Assembly: GCA_016191105.1 (NCBI GenBank)
Contig: JACPPH010000008.1
Span: forward strand, 66,667 to 130,666
Direction of reading: 5' to 3'
DNA length: 64,000 bases
Source: Candidatus Saccharimonadota bacterium
GTDB taxonomy: Bacteria; Patescibacteriota; Saccharimonadia; CAILAD01; BJGX01
In this document: positions 20,743-30,248 of the stretch, piece after piece
Numbering within the stretch: position 1 is the stretch's first letter
How the letters are laid out: each line of letters starts with the position of its first letter
Made by a program: the position numbers and the translations under genes
The notes under the pieces: generated by a model
What the model saw: the letters and a program-made list of their open reading frames with translations, nothing else
What the model was told of the DNA's origin: nothing
The model's database searches: none

Positions 20743-21879
20743 ATGGAAAAGCAATTGCAGCAAGCTCTGACGTTCGACGATGTGCTTTTGAAGCCCGGTT
20801 ACGCCGGGTTTTTGCGTTCTAGTATCTCGACACGCACCAGGCTAACCAAAAACATTACGCTCAAAATCCCACTGGTGTCGGCGCCTATGGATACTGTTAC
20901 CGAAGCCAAGTTGGCCATAGCCCTAGCCAAAGTTGGCGGCATTGGCTTTATCCATAGAAACCTAACTATTGAAGATCAGGCCAAGCAAGTTACACAAGTT
21001 AAGAAGCAAGACTTGTTGGTGGGTGCGGCAGTTGGCTCGAGCCCTGGCTACGAAAAACGGGTGGAGGCCTTGGCAAGGGCTGGTGTGGATGTGGTTTTGG
21101 TAGACTCAGCCCACGGCTACGCCAAACAAGTTATTAATACCATTAAAGCGATTCGCAAAAAGTACCCAAGGGTAGATTTGATTGGCGGCAACGTTGCCAG
21201 CTACGACGGTGCCAAAGCACTAATAGACGCTGGCGTGGATGGGCTGCGGGTCGGCATGGGGCCTGGTGCGATTTGTTCAACTAGAATTGTGTCGGGCATG
21301 GGTGTGCCGCAAATTACAGCTATTACCGAGACCACCCGAGCTGCCAAGCGCCGCAACATACCAGTGATTGCCGACGGCGGCATTAACTACAGCGGCGATG
21401 TTACCAAGTCATTAGCGGCCGGGGCTAGCACCGTTATGCTGGGCCGGCTGTTTGCGGCCTGCCAAGAATCAGCTAGTGAGACGGTAACACTCACTCGCAA
21501 CCAAGTGCCGAGTCGATTCCAAAGCATTATCAATGGTGCCAAAACCTATAAGTTTAAAAAGTATCGCGGTATGGGCTCGGTAGGGGCAATGAAGAAGGGG
21601 TTATCGATAAGCTCCGAAGACGAGTTTCATGGCAAAAGCTACAAAGACGAGCAGTTGATAGCCGAGGGCGTAGAGGGTATGGTGCCCATGGATGGCTCTG
21701 TGGCTGCCAGTGCTGGCGAACTAGTGGGCGGCCTGACCTCGGGCATGTACTATGTCGGCGCTAAGTCGGTTGCCGAGCTACACAAGGTCGCACAGTTTAT
21801 GCAAATATCACAATCTTCACTCAAAGAATCCCACCCGCACGATCTGTTTATAACCAACTCCGGTTCTAGATATATATGA
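20743..21879 (+). CDS. guaB: IMP dehydrogenase (no CBS domains)
   Basis: LTFDDVLL, SAPMDTVT, DSAHG, GPGAICSTR, IADGG, YRGMGS, EGVEG. Promoter TTGACA(20708)-18-CATAAT. Confidence 0.93.
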   Translation: MEKQLQQALTFDDVLLKPGYAGFLRSSISTRTRLTKNITLKIPLVSAPMDTVTEAKLAIALAKVGGIGFIHRNLTIEDQAKQVTQVKKQDLLVGAAVGSSPGYEKRVEALARAGVDVVLVDSAHGYAKQVINTIKAIRKKYPRVDLIGGNVASYDGAKALIDAGVDGLRVGMGPGAICSTRIVSGMGVPQITAITETTRAAKRRNIPVIADGGINYSGDVTKSLAAGASTVMLGRLFAACQESASETVTLTRNQVPSRFQSIINGAKTYKFKKYRGMGSVGAMKKGLSISSEDEFHGKSYKDEQLIAEGVEGMVPMDGSVAASAGELVGGLTSGMYYVGAKSVAELHKVAQFMQISQSSLKESHPHDLFITNSGSRYI

Positions 21880-22253
21880 GGGGTATTGAAAACCGGGATG
21901 GTGAAATTATAAAGGCAGGCTGTGTCGTAGTCCACGACAAAAAAGTTCTATTAGTGACCGATAAAGATCAAAAAATATGGTCATTTCCCAAAGGACATGT
22001 AGAGGCAGGTGAGTCGCTTGAACAAGCAGCCACAAGAGAAACCTTAGAAGAGACGGGCTGCAAAGTAGAAATTAAAAAACGTCTAATCCCAGACGTTACA
22101 TATACAAGCAAGGAGCTACAAAAGCCGGTAAGACTAACCTTGTTTTTAGCTGGTTTGCTTACCTCCGGCCTAGACGCCGAAGAAAAATCTTCGTGGGTGG
22201 ATTTGGAGCGGGCAAGAGAAATAATCTATCCTAATCTCAGGTTGTACATCTAG
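21876..22253 (+). CDS. NUDIX hydrolase
   Basis: PKGHVEAGESLEQAATRETLEETG. Confidence 0.9.
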   Translation: MRGIENRDGEIIKAGCVVVHDKKVLLVTDKDQKIWSFPKGHVEAGESLEQAATRETLEETGCKVEIKKRLIPDVTYTSKELQKPVRLTLFLAGLLTSGLDAEEKSSWVDLERAREIIYPNLRLYI

Positions 22254-22894
22254 GGCTCAATAAGGTCAGAAATCTTTTTAATGTTAAGCATCAGACCTTT
22301 ACCGTTACCGTATTGAATCACACCCTTGCGACGCAGTTTGCCCATTGTGCCACTTACCGTTTCGCGAGTTAGCCCTACAAAATCGGCAAACTCTTGCTGA
22401 CTCAGTGGTATGTCAACCGTTACTCGCTCCGGGTTGCGCCGGTCGCCAAAGCGACGCGAAAGAAAGTCGAGTGAATAGATTATTTTGTCTTCGGCCTTAA
22501 GTTGTTCCAGGCCATTGACCCGCCTGGCAAAATCTAAGTAACGTTCGGCCATTATGGTTAGGAAGTGAAAAGCAACTTTGGGTTCTGAAAGCATAAACTT
22601 TTGAAAATCCACCAGTGGCACCAGCGCCAGCTTGCAATCGGTATAGGCCTCGTAGTAGTAGAGCGCATGATCGGCCTTAGTATAGATGTAACTAACCGGA
22701 ATGGCTTCGCCAGGGGTGTCGTAGATTACAGTTTTTTGCTCGCCCTCTTTATTAATGTCATAGGCTTTGACAATGCCGGTTTGAATTATGTAGACATTAA
22801 CAACATCATCGCCCTGGTGCAAGATCACCTCGCCAGCAGTGAAGTCTTTGGTTGGAAAACTGGCAACGAACTTATCTAGTTTTCTATGTGGCAA
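22250..22894 (-). CDS. Crp/Fnr family transcriptional regulator
   Basis: cNMP-binding-type beta-roll (GEVILHQGD...IQTGIVK) and C-terminal HTH LSQQEFADFVGLTRETVS. Confidence 0.9.
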   Translation of the reverse strand: MPHRKLDKFVASFPTKDFTAGEVILHQGDDVVNVYIIQTGIVKAYDINKEGEQKTVIYDTPGEAIPVSYIYTKADHALYYYEAYTDCKLALVPLVDFQKFMLSEPKVAFHFLTIMAERYLDFARRVNGLEQLKAEDKIIYSLDFLSRRFGDRRNPERVTVDIPLSQQEFADFVGLTRETVSGTMGKLRRKGVIQYGNGKGLMLNIKKISDLIEP

Positions 22895-22950
22895 AGTCTA
22901 GCCTCATATAAGCACTATACACCCCCGTTGTTTAAAATAAAGGGCTCATT

Positions 22951-22993
22951 TGTGAGAAATTTCGCAGCTGCAGAAAATCTCTAGAATTACACT
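22951..22993 (+). promoter_or_regulatory. CRP-type binding site with class II promoter geometry
   Basis: TGTGA-gaaatt-TCGCA (22951-22966). A -10 TACACT (22988-22993) places the site centre at -41.5. Confidence 0.65.
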
Positions 22994-23024
22994 ACGAAAG
23001 CAACCTAAATAAAAGGAGGCAAGT

Positions 23025-23198
23025 ATGAAAAAAAGAGACCGATATCTAAAAAAAATACCAAAAGCCCTAACCTATGATCCAGGTAAAATTGACGACCTTT
23101 TTGATAAAATGGCCAGTAAATGGGCAATGCGAGCTGAACGCCGCATGAAACCATATTATAGACACAGCAGCAAGTTTACGGCTGCCACAACCCACTAG
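23025..23198 (+). CDS. Small basic protein (57 aa), absent from the ORF track
   Basis: AAGGAGG RBS, then MKKRDRYLKKIPKALTYDPGKIDDLFDKMASKWAMRAERRMKPYYRHSSKFTAATTH*. Confidence 0.6.
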   Translation: MKKRDRYLKKIPKALTYDPGKIDDLFDKMASKWAMRAERRMKPYYRHSSKFTAATTH

Positions 23199-23324
23199 CA
23201 CACCCTAGTCCGGAACTAGTAAACAACTCCTTACAACAAAACACTTCACTTCCACCGATCCCCGGCAGTTGGTCGCCCTCGCTTGCGACCTTAAACGCCG
23301 GGGTTTGGTGTTATAATCAGCGGT

Positions 23325-23756
23325 ATGAGCAAAGAAAAAGCATTTCGAATTGGTACTGGCGCAATTATTTTTAAAAACGGCGAGATCTTGCTCGGGCTAC
23401 GCGGACCAAAAGCTCGTGATCAGCATTACAAGTGGGAGCTGTTGGGCGGTTTGCTCAAATCTGGCGAAACTCCACAAGAAGCCATAAAACGTGAGGTTAA
23501 GGAAGAAGCTGGGATTAAGATTGAGCCAATCGACGTTATTGGCACCAATGTGCGTGATAGTGCCGATGGCAAAGAGCAATGGGTGGGCCTAACTTTTTGG
23601 GCCAAGCACGTTTCGGGCGAGCCCAAGCGAACCGAGCTTGACAGAGTAATCGATCATAAATGGCTAGCGCTAGATGAGGCGCTCAATGAAGACCTTACAC
23701 CCATGACACGTTATCAACTCGAGCAGTATCAGGCGTGGCTTACGCGTAATAAATAG
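23325..23756 (+). CDS. NUDIX hydrolase
   Basis: GGLLKSGETPQEAIKREVKEEAG. Confidence 0.9.
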   Translation: MSKEKAFRIGTGAIIFKNGEILLGLRGPKARDQHYKWELLGGLLKSGETPQEAIKREVKEEAGIKIEPIDVIGTNVRDSADGKEQWVGLTFWAKHVSGEPKRTELDRVIDHKWLALDEALNEDLTPMTRYQLEQYQAWLTRNK

Positions 23757-23840
23757 GGTAATAAGTTGTGTTTTGGCTCCTAACCAATTATATTTATAAA
23801 CATAAGCATTAAATTAAAATCATAAGGAGTCATAGCAAAA

Positions 23841-24269
23841 ATGACTGATTACGGAACAACGACTTACTCCACGACTGGCAATCCAGCTGCCGTCGGGGCG
23901 TTTTTGAGTGCCTACCTGGTATTCATATTGATCCTACTGGTGGTAGGGATTATCCCAGTTTGGATGGTTTACAAAAAAGCTGGCAAACCAGGTTGGGCGG
24001 CGATTATTCCAATCTATAACTTCTATATATTGCTAGACATCGTTGGTCGACCAGTATGGTGGTTAGTGTTCTTACTACTGCCAGTAGTGCCATTTGTGGG
24101 TCCATTGGCTTTCTTGATCGTCTGGATCATAGTTATGCTCGATCTGGCCAAACGGTTCAACAAGAGTACGGTATTTGCCGTGGTGGGATTGGTTATATTC
24201 CACATTATTGGCATGTACATGCTGGCCTTTGGCGATGCCAAGTACAAGGCAGTTGGTTCCAAAAAATAG
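23841..24269 (+). CDS. Membrane protein (DUF5684-like)
   Basis: WMVYKKAGKPGWAAIIPIYN...GRPVWW...LAKRFNKS. Confidence 0.8.
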   Translation: MTDYGTTTYSTTGNPAAVGAFLSAYLVFILILLVVGIIPVWMVYKKAGKPGWAAIIPIYNFYILLDIVGRPVWWLVFLLLPVVPFVGPLAFLIVWIIVMLDLAKRFNKSTVFAVVGLVIFHIIGMYMLAFGDAKYKAVGSKK

Positions 24270-24287
24270 CCGGTCAAAGCCTGCTAA

Positions 24288-24315
24288 TAAGAAGACCCGT
24301 AAAAGGGTCTTCTTA
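24288..24315 (+). terminator. Stem-loop, probable terminator
   Basis: taagaagaccc-gtaaaa-gggtcttctta. Confidence 0.6.
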
Positions 24316-24369
24316 GGCGTTGTTAATTGTAGTAAAAAAAGCTATACTTTGGCTTAAGCGTAATGAAAC

Positions 24370-26484
24370 GTGGTGGAAGATCAAACACAAACATTAGATA
24401 CATCACTGGGTAGGCGCATCAACTGGTTGAGGGTGCTGGCCGATCTTTTGATTATAACTACGCTTTTGGGCGTAATTGCCATTATTTTAATGCTTTGGCG
24501 AATCAACAACCTGCCAAGCCAAACCAGTAATGTATCTACCACGACACCTGTAGCCAACGGTTCAATCACCAGTGCAAAACTCGCAGCCGGCTCGGTTGGC
24601 CTGGATCAGCTTTCGCCCGATATTGCCAGCTTTCTGCAAAATGCTTTGCAAAACCCTGGTGGTTCAGCAACAAATATAGTGGGCGCCTGTACCTACTTCG
24701 TGGTTTGCAACACGCCGATAGTTGAGCAGGCCAATATGGCCATTCAATCGGTTAATCCATACTTTGTGGGTGCCCAAATCCGAGGCGCCAAAGGCCAAGT
24801 TAATGACATATTACAGGTTCAAAACTCCAGCGGATATCCCCTGGTGAATGTTAATGCCAATGGTCAGGTGGGTATAAACTACCCTCTGCCACAAACAACT
24901 TTGGCGGTAAATGGCACTGCTCAATTCGTAGGCCACACGGCTACTGGCAATGCCTCGGCCATCGACAACCCAAGTATTCTAACACCGCTTACCGGTACAC
25001 CAGTAATTCGTGTACAGGGCGTTCAGGAGAGGGTAAGTAGTCTAACACCTGGTTATAACTTTTATACCGGCGCCTCGTCGGAATACTTCGTAGACTTAGG
25101 CCAGTCTGCCACGTCTCAATATTTTACTGGTGGCTACCAAGCGGGCGAGATCGTGAGTGGCAACCCTCAAAATTACCTAGCGCTGGCAGGTAATGCCGGC
25201 CTGGCCGTACATGAGGGCACTGGCAATATTGGGCTCATGGGCGGTGTTATGGGCTATGCTTATAACAACTCGAGTGGAACGATCAACGCTGCGGCCGGTA
25301 CTTTTGGATATCTCAAGAACAACGATAACGGCACTATTAGTACCGGCAATGGTGCGGCTGGGTTAGTTGAAAACAATGGTGGTGGCACTATTGATGTTGC
25401 AAACGGACTATCTGGCGTAATCTATAATGGCGGATTGCTTGGCAGCGGCACCGGCAATATGGGCAATGCTAATGGGGTTACGGCGGGAGTATTTAACAAA
25501 GGCAGTGGTAATATTAGTAATGTTTCGGTAGTGGATATTCAGCGCGTCACCAACACTGGTAGTGGCTCTATCGCAGCCGTTCACGGTCTGTATGTTGCCG
25601 ATCAGAGTGGAGTGGCGACTACCAGTGAAAGTTATAATATCTATTCACGCGGCCAAGCTAGCAAAAATGTGCTTGACGGCGCGCTTTCGGTTGGCAATGA
25701 CCCAACTGTGTTTGGAACTAACTCTAGACTGATGGTTAATCACAACACGTCTTTTGGCTGGCAGACGACCGACAACGCAGCAATTGCCCAAATTAATGTA
25801 ACAGGTGCCAATACGGCTCTTGTGCTTCAGGGTTCGGCATTCTCAACCGGCGATCTTCAGCAATGGCAAAACTTTGCTGGCACGGTTTTAGGCAGGGTGA
25901 CACAAAGCGGCGCCATGGCAATTGGTTCTAGTACCTCGCCCACTAACAAACTAACTGTTACCGACACCACCACCAACGTGGCTAAATTCAATGGTTCTGG
26001 TGGCACCCAGTGTACGGTCGTAACTGGTACTGGTTGGAGCTGTAGCTCCGATGAGTCACTCAAAACCAATATTCTAAACATTACCAACGGGCTAGACATT
26101 ATCAACAAACTACAGGGCGTTACCTACAACTGGAAGGCTGACCCGAATGGCACTCAACAAGATGGCTTTATTGCCCAAGACATTCAAAAAGTGCTGCCTG
26201 AGCTAGTCACCACCGACTCAGATGGCAAACTGTCTCTCAACAAAGACGGCATTATGCCCTTTATAGTTGAGGCTGTTAAACAACAATCTGGCAACATCGA
26301 CAAAGCCAATCAACAGCTGGCCGATCAGGGATTGCAGTTAGCCAACCTTACAGAAGAGCTGAAGGCTGTGAGCACAAAAGTAGGTGAGCAGGACAACGAA
26401 ATTAACGATCTCAAAGCCAGAGTGCAGATTCTCGAGCAAAAACTCAATAGCAGCTCAAATCAAACACCCAACCCAACTCCATAA
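24370..26484 (+). CDS. Membrane-anchored tail-fibre-like protein with C-terminal intramolecular chaperone (peptidase S74-like) domain
   Basis: N-terminal TM, Gly/Asn-rich beta repeats, SSDESLKTNI...INKLQGVTYNWK...GFIAQDIQKVLPELV, C-terminal coiled coil. Confidence 0.8.
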   Translation: MVEDQTQTLDTSLGRRINWLRVLADLLIITTLLGVIAIILMLWRINNLPSQTSNVSTTTPVANGSITSAKLAAGSVGLDQLSPDIASFLQNALQNPGGSATNIVGACTYFVVCNTPIVEQANMAIQSVNPYFVGAQIRGAKGQVNDILQVQNSSGYPLVNVNANGQVGINYPLPQTTLAVNGTAQFVGHTATGNASAIDNPSILTPLTGTPVIRVQGVQERVSSLTPGYNFYTGASSEYFVDLGQSATSQYFTGGYQAGEIVSGNPQNYLALAGNAGLAVHEGTGNIGLMGGVMGYAYNNSSGTINAAAGTFGYLKNNDNGTISTGNGAAGLVENNGGGTIDVANGLSGVIYNGGLLGSGTGNMGNANGVTAGVFNKGSGNISNVSVVDIQRVTNTGSGSIAAVHGLYVADQSGVATTSESYNIYSRGQASKNVLDGALSVGNDPTVFGTNSRLMVNHNTSFGWQTTDNAAIAQINVTGANTALVLQGSAFSTGDLQQWQNFAGTVLGRVTQSGAMAIGSSTSPTNKLTVTDTTTNVAKFNGSGGTQCTVVTGTGWSCSSDESLKTNILNITNGLDIINKLQGVTYNWKADPNGTQQDGFIAQDIQKVLPELVTTDSDGKLSLNKDGIMPFIVEAVKQQSGNIDKANQQLADQGLQLANLTEELKAVSTKVGEQDNEINDLKARVQILEQKLNSSSNQTPNPTP

Positions 26485-26543
26485 TTGTTAGGTGTAAAAA
26501 TTCTTCTACTCAAAGTCAGCTGCTTTGGCGTACAATAGAGTGC

Positions 26544-27698
26544 ATGACCCAACACGACTTTAAAGCCGAATCACTAGCTCAAAGCAAAAAGCTTCATGGC
26601 AATATTGAGCTGAATACCAAGACGCCTATTAAGAATGAGCATGACTTAAGCGTGTTTTATACGCCCGGGATTGGGGCGGTCTCTTCGTTTCTAGCCAAGC
26701 ACCCCGACCAAGCCAGTGAATACACCATTAAAAACAACACCGTGGCAGTGGTCTCTGATGGTTCGGCGGTATTGGGGCTTGGCAATATTGGCCCGTTTGG
26801 GGCATTGCCGGTTATGGAGGGCAAATCGGCTTTGTTCAAAGAGCTTGGCGACCTCGACGCTTTTCCAATCTGTTTGGACACTCAAGATGTCGATGAAATA
26901 GTGGCGGCCGTAAAGCACATTGCCCCAGTTTTTGCCGGCATTAACTTAGAAGACATTGCCGCGCCTAACTGCTTTGAAATAGAAAAGCGTTTGCAACAGG
27001 AGCTGGACATTCCTGTTATTCACGACGACCAGCACGCCACTGCGATTGTAGTGCTGGCTGGGCTCATAAATGCACTAAAAGTTACTAGTCGTGATACCAA
27101 AAGCTCCTCGGTAGTTTTGATTGGTGCGGGGGCGGCTGGTAACGGCGTGGCTAAGCTTTTGCTAGCCCATGGCTTTAAAGACATAGTTGCAGTAGACAGC
27201 AAGGGTATTGTCTCAAGCAATCGCCAAGACCTGGACCCTGAGAAGAAGAACTTAGCTTTGATAACCAACCCCCAGAACATAGACGGAGATTTAAGCAGAG
27301 CCGTTGAAGGGAGAGATGTTTTGATAGGATTGTCTGGCCGGCCAGACCTGGTGAGTGCAGAATTGGTGCGTAGCATGAAGCCCAACCCAATCGTATTTGC
27401 TCTGGGCAACCCCAATCCTGAGATATTGCCAGATGTTGCTACGGGCGCAGGGGCTGCGGTGGTTGCTACGGGTAGATCAGACTTTCCCAATCAGATCAAC
27501 AATGCTTTAGTGTTTCCAGGCATGTTCAAAGGTGTAATTAAGGCTAGACTCAAGAGAATCGATGACGGGCATAAGCTTTTGGCGGCTCAAGCCTTGGCAG
27601 GTGTGGTGCAGGCTCCAACTCCAAATATGATTGTTCCAAGCGTGTTTGATAAGTTAGTGGTGCCAGCCATTGTAGCCAGTTTAGAGCAAAAACTTTAA
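26544..27698 (+). CDS. NAD(P)-dependent malic enzyme
   Basis: YTPGIG, SDGSAVLGLGNIG, PVMEGK, NLEDI, HDDQHAT, GAGAAG, TGRSDFPNQINN. Confidence 0.95.
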   Translation: MTQHDFKAESLAQSKKLHGNIELNTKTPIKNEHDLSVFYTPGIGAVSSFLAKHPDQASEYTIKNNTVAVVSDGSAVLGLGNIGPFGALPVMEGKSALFKELGDLDAFPICLDTQDVDEIVAAVKHIAPVFAGINLEDIAAPNCFEIEKRLQQELDIPVIHDDQHATAIVVLAGLINALKVTSRDTKSSSVVLIGAGAAGNGVAKLLLAHGFKDIVAVDSKGIVSSNRQDLDPEKKNLALITNPQNIDGDLSRAVEGRDVLIGLSGRPDLVSAELVRSMKPNPIVFALGNPNPEILPDVATGAGAAVVATGRSDFPNQINNALVFPGMFKGVIKARLKRIDDGHKLLAAQALAGVVQAPTPNMIVPSVFDKLVVPAIVASLEQKL

Positions 27699-27716
27699 AA
27701 AACCCCAGTTTAAAAC

Positions 27717-27746
27717 TTGACATGTTCGTTCTGTGTTCGATATACT
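27717..27746 (+). promoter_or_regulatory. lexA promoter with candidate SOS box GTTC-N7-GTTC
   Basis: TTGACA(27717)-18-TATACT(27741); the spacer contains GTTC-gttctgt-GTTC (27724-27738). Confidence 0.6.
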
Positions 27747-27783
27747 GTTAAGTGAAATTATCGTATTAATGGAGGGACGTTTC

Positions 27784-28416
27784 ATGGGTAAGGTTCGCCA
27801 GGCGCTTACTAAAAAACAAAAGAAAACACTCGATTTTATATCTACATTTATAGAGCAAAAGGGCTATTCGCCCAGCTATCGTGAGATCGCCGAGGGTCTT
27901 AAGCTAAACTCTGTGGCTACAGTTGCTCAACATGTCGACACCTTGGTGGCCAAAGGCCTATTGGTAAAAGGCAATAATTCGGCTCGCTCGCTTATGCCGA
28001 CCGACGAGGTGGAGACTCAGATAAACGAAAAAGGCATTCAGCTGCCCATCTTGGGCTTGATTGCGGCCGGAAGCCCCATCGAAACGCTCGAGGGCCACAA
28101 AGAAACATTGGAGGTGCCACCATTCATGGTCGGCAACAAAGACTCCTATGTGCTACAGGTAAAGGGCCAAAGTATGATCGAGGATGGCATTCACGAAGGC
28201 GACTTTGTGGTTGTGCAGGAGAAAGAAGTGCCCAGCAATGGCGATGTGGTGGTGGCTTTGGTAAACGGCTCAGAGGCTACGCTCAAGCGCTACTACAAAG
28301 AGGCTCGCCGTATTCGCTTGCAACCCGCCAACTCCAGCATGGAGCCAATCTATATAGAACCCGGCACTCAGCTCAAAATCCAGGGCGTAGTTATCGGCTT
28401 GATTCGTAAGTACTAA
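27784..28416 (+). CDS. lexA: SOS repressor LexA
   Basis: LTKKQ..GYSPSYREIA wHTH, IAAG cleavage site, GQSM catalytic Ser, TLKR catalytic Lys; GGAGG RBS. Confidence 0.95.
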   Translation: MGKVRQALTKKQKKTLDFISTFIEQKGYSPSYREIAEGLKLNSVATVAQHVDTLVAKGLLVKGNNSARSLMPTDEVETQINEKGIQLPILGLIAAGSPIETLEGHKETLEVPPFMVGNKDSYVLQVKGQSMIEDGIHEGDFVVVQEKEVPSNGDVVVALVNGSEATLKRYYKEARRIRLQPANSSMEPIYIEPGTQLKIQGVVIGLIRKY

Positions 28417-28428
28417 GTTCTAAAAACT

Positions 28429-28998
28429 ATGGCAGATCCTCGAGAAAATAGCTTATTAAACATTCTTTTAGACAACTCTACTCTGAAATATGTGTTAGAT
28501 AAAACCGCCGAACTTAACTTGCCCAATTGGTATCTTGCTGCAGGGTCAGTATCACAAACCTATTGGAACCATGTGCATGGTTTCGAACCTATGTATGGGA
28601 TTAAAGATTTTGATTTGGTTTATTTTGACCCTGACATCTCATACCAAGCCGAGGATAAGTTTATTAAGCACGGAGACCAGCTTTTTTACTCCCTCCCAAT
28701 CGAAGTCGAGATCCGAAATCAAGCTCGAGTTCACATTTGGTATCCTGATCACTTTGGCAAAAGCATCAACCCATATAGCTCGGTCGAAGATGGTATTTCG
28801 AGCTGGGGAACAACTTTAACTTGTATTGGAGTTCGCAAGGAAGGCAATAATTACAAAGTGTTTGCTGCATATGGATTAGAGGATTTATTTAGTTTAACCA
28901 TCAGACCCAATAAAAGTGTTATGACAAAGGATATGTATTATAATAAAGCCGAACGATGGGTCGAGACTTGGCCTAAACTAATTACTTTGCCCTGGTGA
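28429..28998 (+). CDS. Nucleotidyltransferase family protein (DUF925-like)
   Basis: WYLAAGSV..TYWN..IKDFDLVYFD..EIRNQARVH..YGLEDLF..RPN..WPKL. Confidence 0.85.
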   Translation: MADPRENSLLNILLDNSTLKYVLDKTAELNLPNWYLAAGSVSQTYWNHVHGFEPMYGIKDFDLVYFDPDISYQAEDKFIKHGDQLFYSLPIEVEIRNQARVHIWYPDHFGKSINPYSSVEDGISSWGTTLTCIGVRKEGNNYKVFAAYGLEDLFSLTIRPNKSVMTKDMYYNKAERWVETWPKLITLPW

Positions 28999-29637
28999 TT
29001 CTGGTTTACTCAAAATAGCAACCCTATATGTTATTGGGCTGCCCTCTGGCTGATAATCTTTAAGCGCGTACTTAAGGCCGCTCTGCTTAAGAGACGATAG
29101 AAACTTTTGTTCGTTGTAGGGAGCTTCTGGTTCATTGGGGACCTCAAACAGCGGGAAGAGATAAGCCTTACCGCCAGGCCGCAGAACCCGATTGGTTTCT
29201 TTAAGGAAAATATCATAATCACGAGGATCTAAGTAGCCAGGGGCCGACGCACTTGCCACTATTGTGTCAAAACTCTCTGCTTTAAATGGTAGTTCTTGTG
29301 CTAATCCAGCTACTGAGTTTTTTGTCCAGGGCAAATCACTGTGCCATGGAAATTCGTAATGTGAGCCTGTTTTAACTTGATTACGTTGGGATTGTTTAAC
29401 CAGGTGGGGGTCAAGAGAAGTAACTTTTATGCCGTGTCGTGTAGCCTCTCTAGAAAATCTATCTAAATCTCCTGAGCCAAGATCTAAAACATCGCCCTTG
29501 AGATCATCAATCTTTATGTCTCCGTAATACATATATTCTTCAAGGCCCATATTGGAGTTGTTGAGTTTTGTGGCTTTATTTAGCCTTTCCCTGCCAGTTG
29601 GCTCCTTTGGTACGGATGAACGGAGCTGCTCACTCAT
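28978..29637 (-). CDS. Class I SAM-dependent methyltransferase
   Basis: VLDLGSG, LPFKAESFD, RVLRPGG. Confidence 0.85.
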   Translation of the reverse strand: MSEQLRSSVPKEPTGRERLNKATKLNNSNMGLEEYMYYGDIKIDDLKGDVLDLGSGDLDRFSREATRHGIKVTSLDPHLVKQSQRNQVKTGSHYEFPWHSDLPWTKNSVAGLAQELPFKAESFDTIVASASAPGYLDPRDYDIFLKETNRVLRPGGKAYLFPLFEVPNEPEAPYNEQKFLSSLKQSGLKYALKDYQPEGSPITYRVAILSKPESPGQSN

Positions 29638-29639
29638 TG

Positions 29640-30227
29640 CTACTCTAAAACCACAATCCAGCTAATTAGAATTTTGAATAAGTAGATATTTATTATTGAG
29701 CCGAATACTGCACCCACTAACGATAGCATCCCCATGAATGGATTACTGGTAATGGTGAGTACGAAGGTGGCAAACAGGCTAAGCCAAATGGGGTAGAAGA
29801 ACTTTAATGTTAGCATGCCTAGTACCACAATGGCTGCTAGCAGCCCGGCCTGAACCATCGGTGCCTTAAGGCGTTTTTTGGCTTCGCCACGGTTCACGTA
29901 CTCCTTTTCTACTACCACCTCGTTGCGGGCTTCGTTGTAAACCGAATATAGCGAGTAAATTACACTGTAGGCTATCAGACCCACACCAGCCCAAAACACT
30001 ATCAAGGTGCCAAGATTTATGTAGGCGCTATTGGTAAACTTAGATATTTGCTCGGCAAAACTGTCTTGAACGGCCGTATCGGCCAATACCGTGCCCTGCG
30101 TGGCCTTAAGCAAAATGAGGTTGAAGTTGATGAGTAGGAATATGCCCGCATCGAGCAGCACAATCAGCCATATCTGGCCATGGGTGAGGCCAAAGATCTT
30201 GCGTAGGTTTTCTTTGGACAGCTGCAT
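29640..30227 (-). CDS. Four-TM membrane protein
   Basis: Four hydrophobic segments; no known motif. Confidence 0.7.
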   Translation of the reverse strand: MQLSKENLRKIFGLTHGQIWLIVLLDAGIFLLINFNLILLKATQGTVLADTAVQDSFAEQISKFTNSAYINLGTLIVFWAGVGLIAYSVIYSLYSVYNEARNEVVVEKEYVNRGEAKKRLKAPMVQAGLLAAIVVLGMLTLKFFYPIWLSLFATFVLTITSNPFMGMLSLVGAVFGSIINIYLFKILISWIVVLE

Positions 30228-30248
30228 TTACTCAAGTACGCCTAGGCG

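Noticed and set aside
24370-26484. Prophage
   Set aside because: No integrase, terminase, capsid or other tail genes nearby, and the protein has a membrane anchor.
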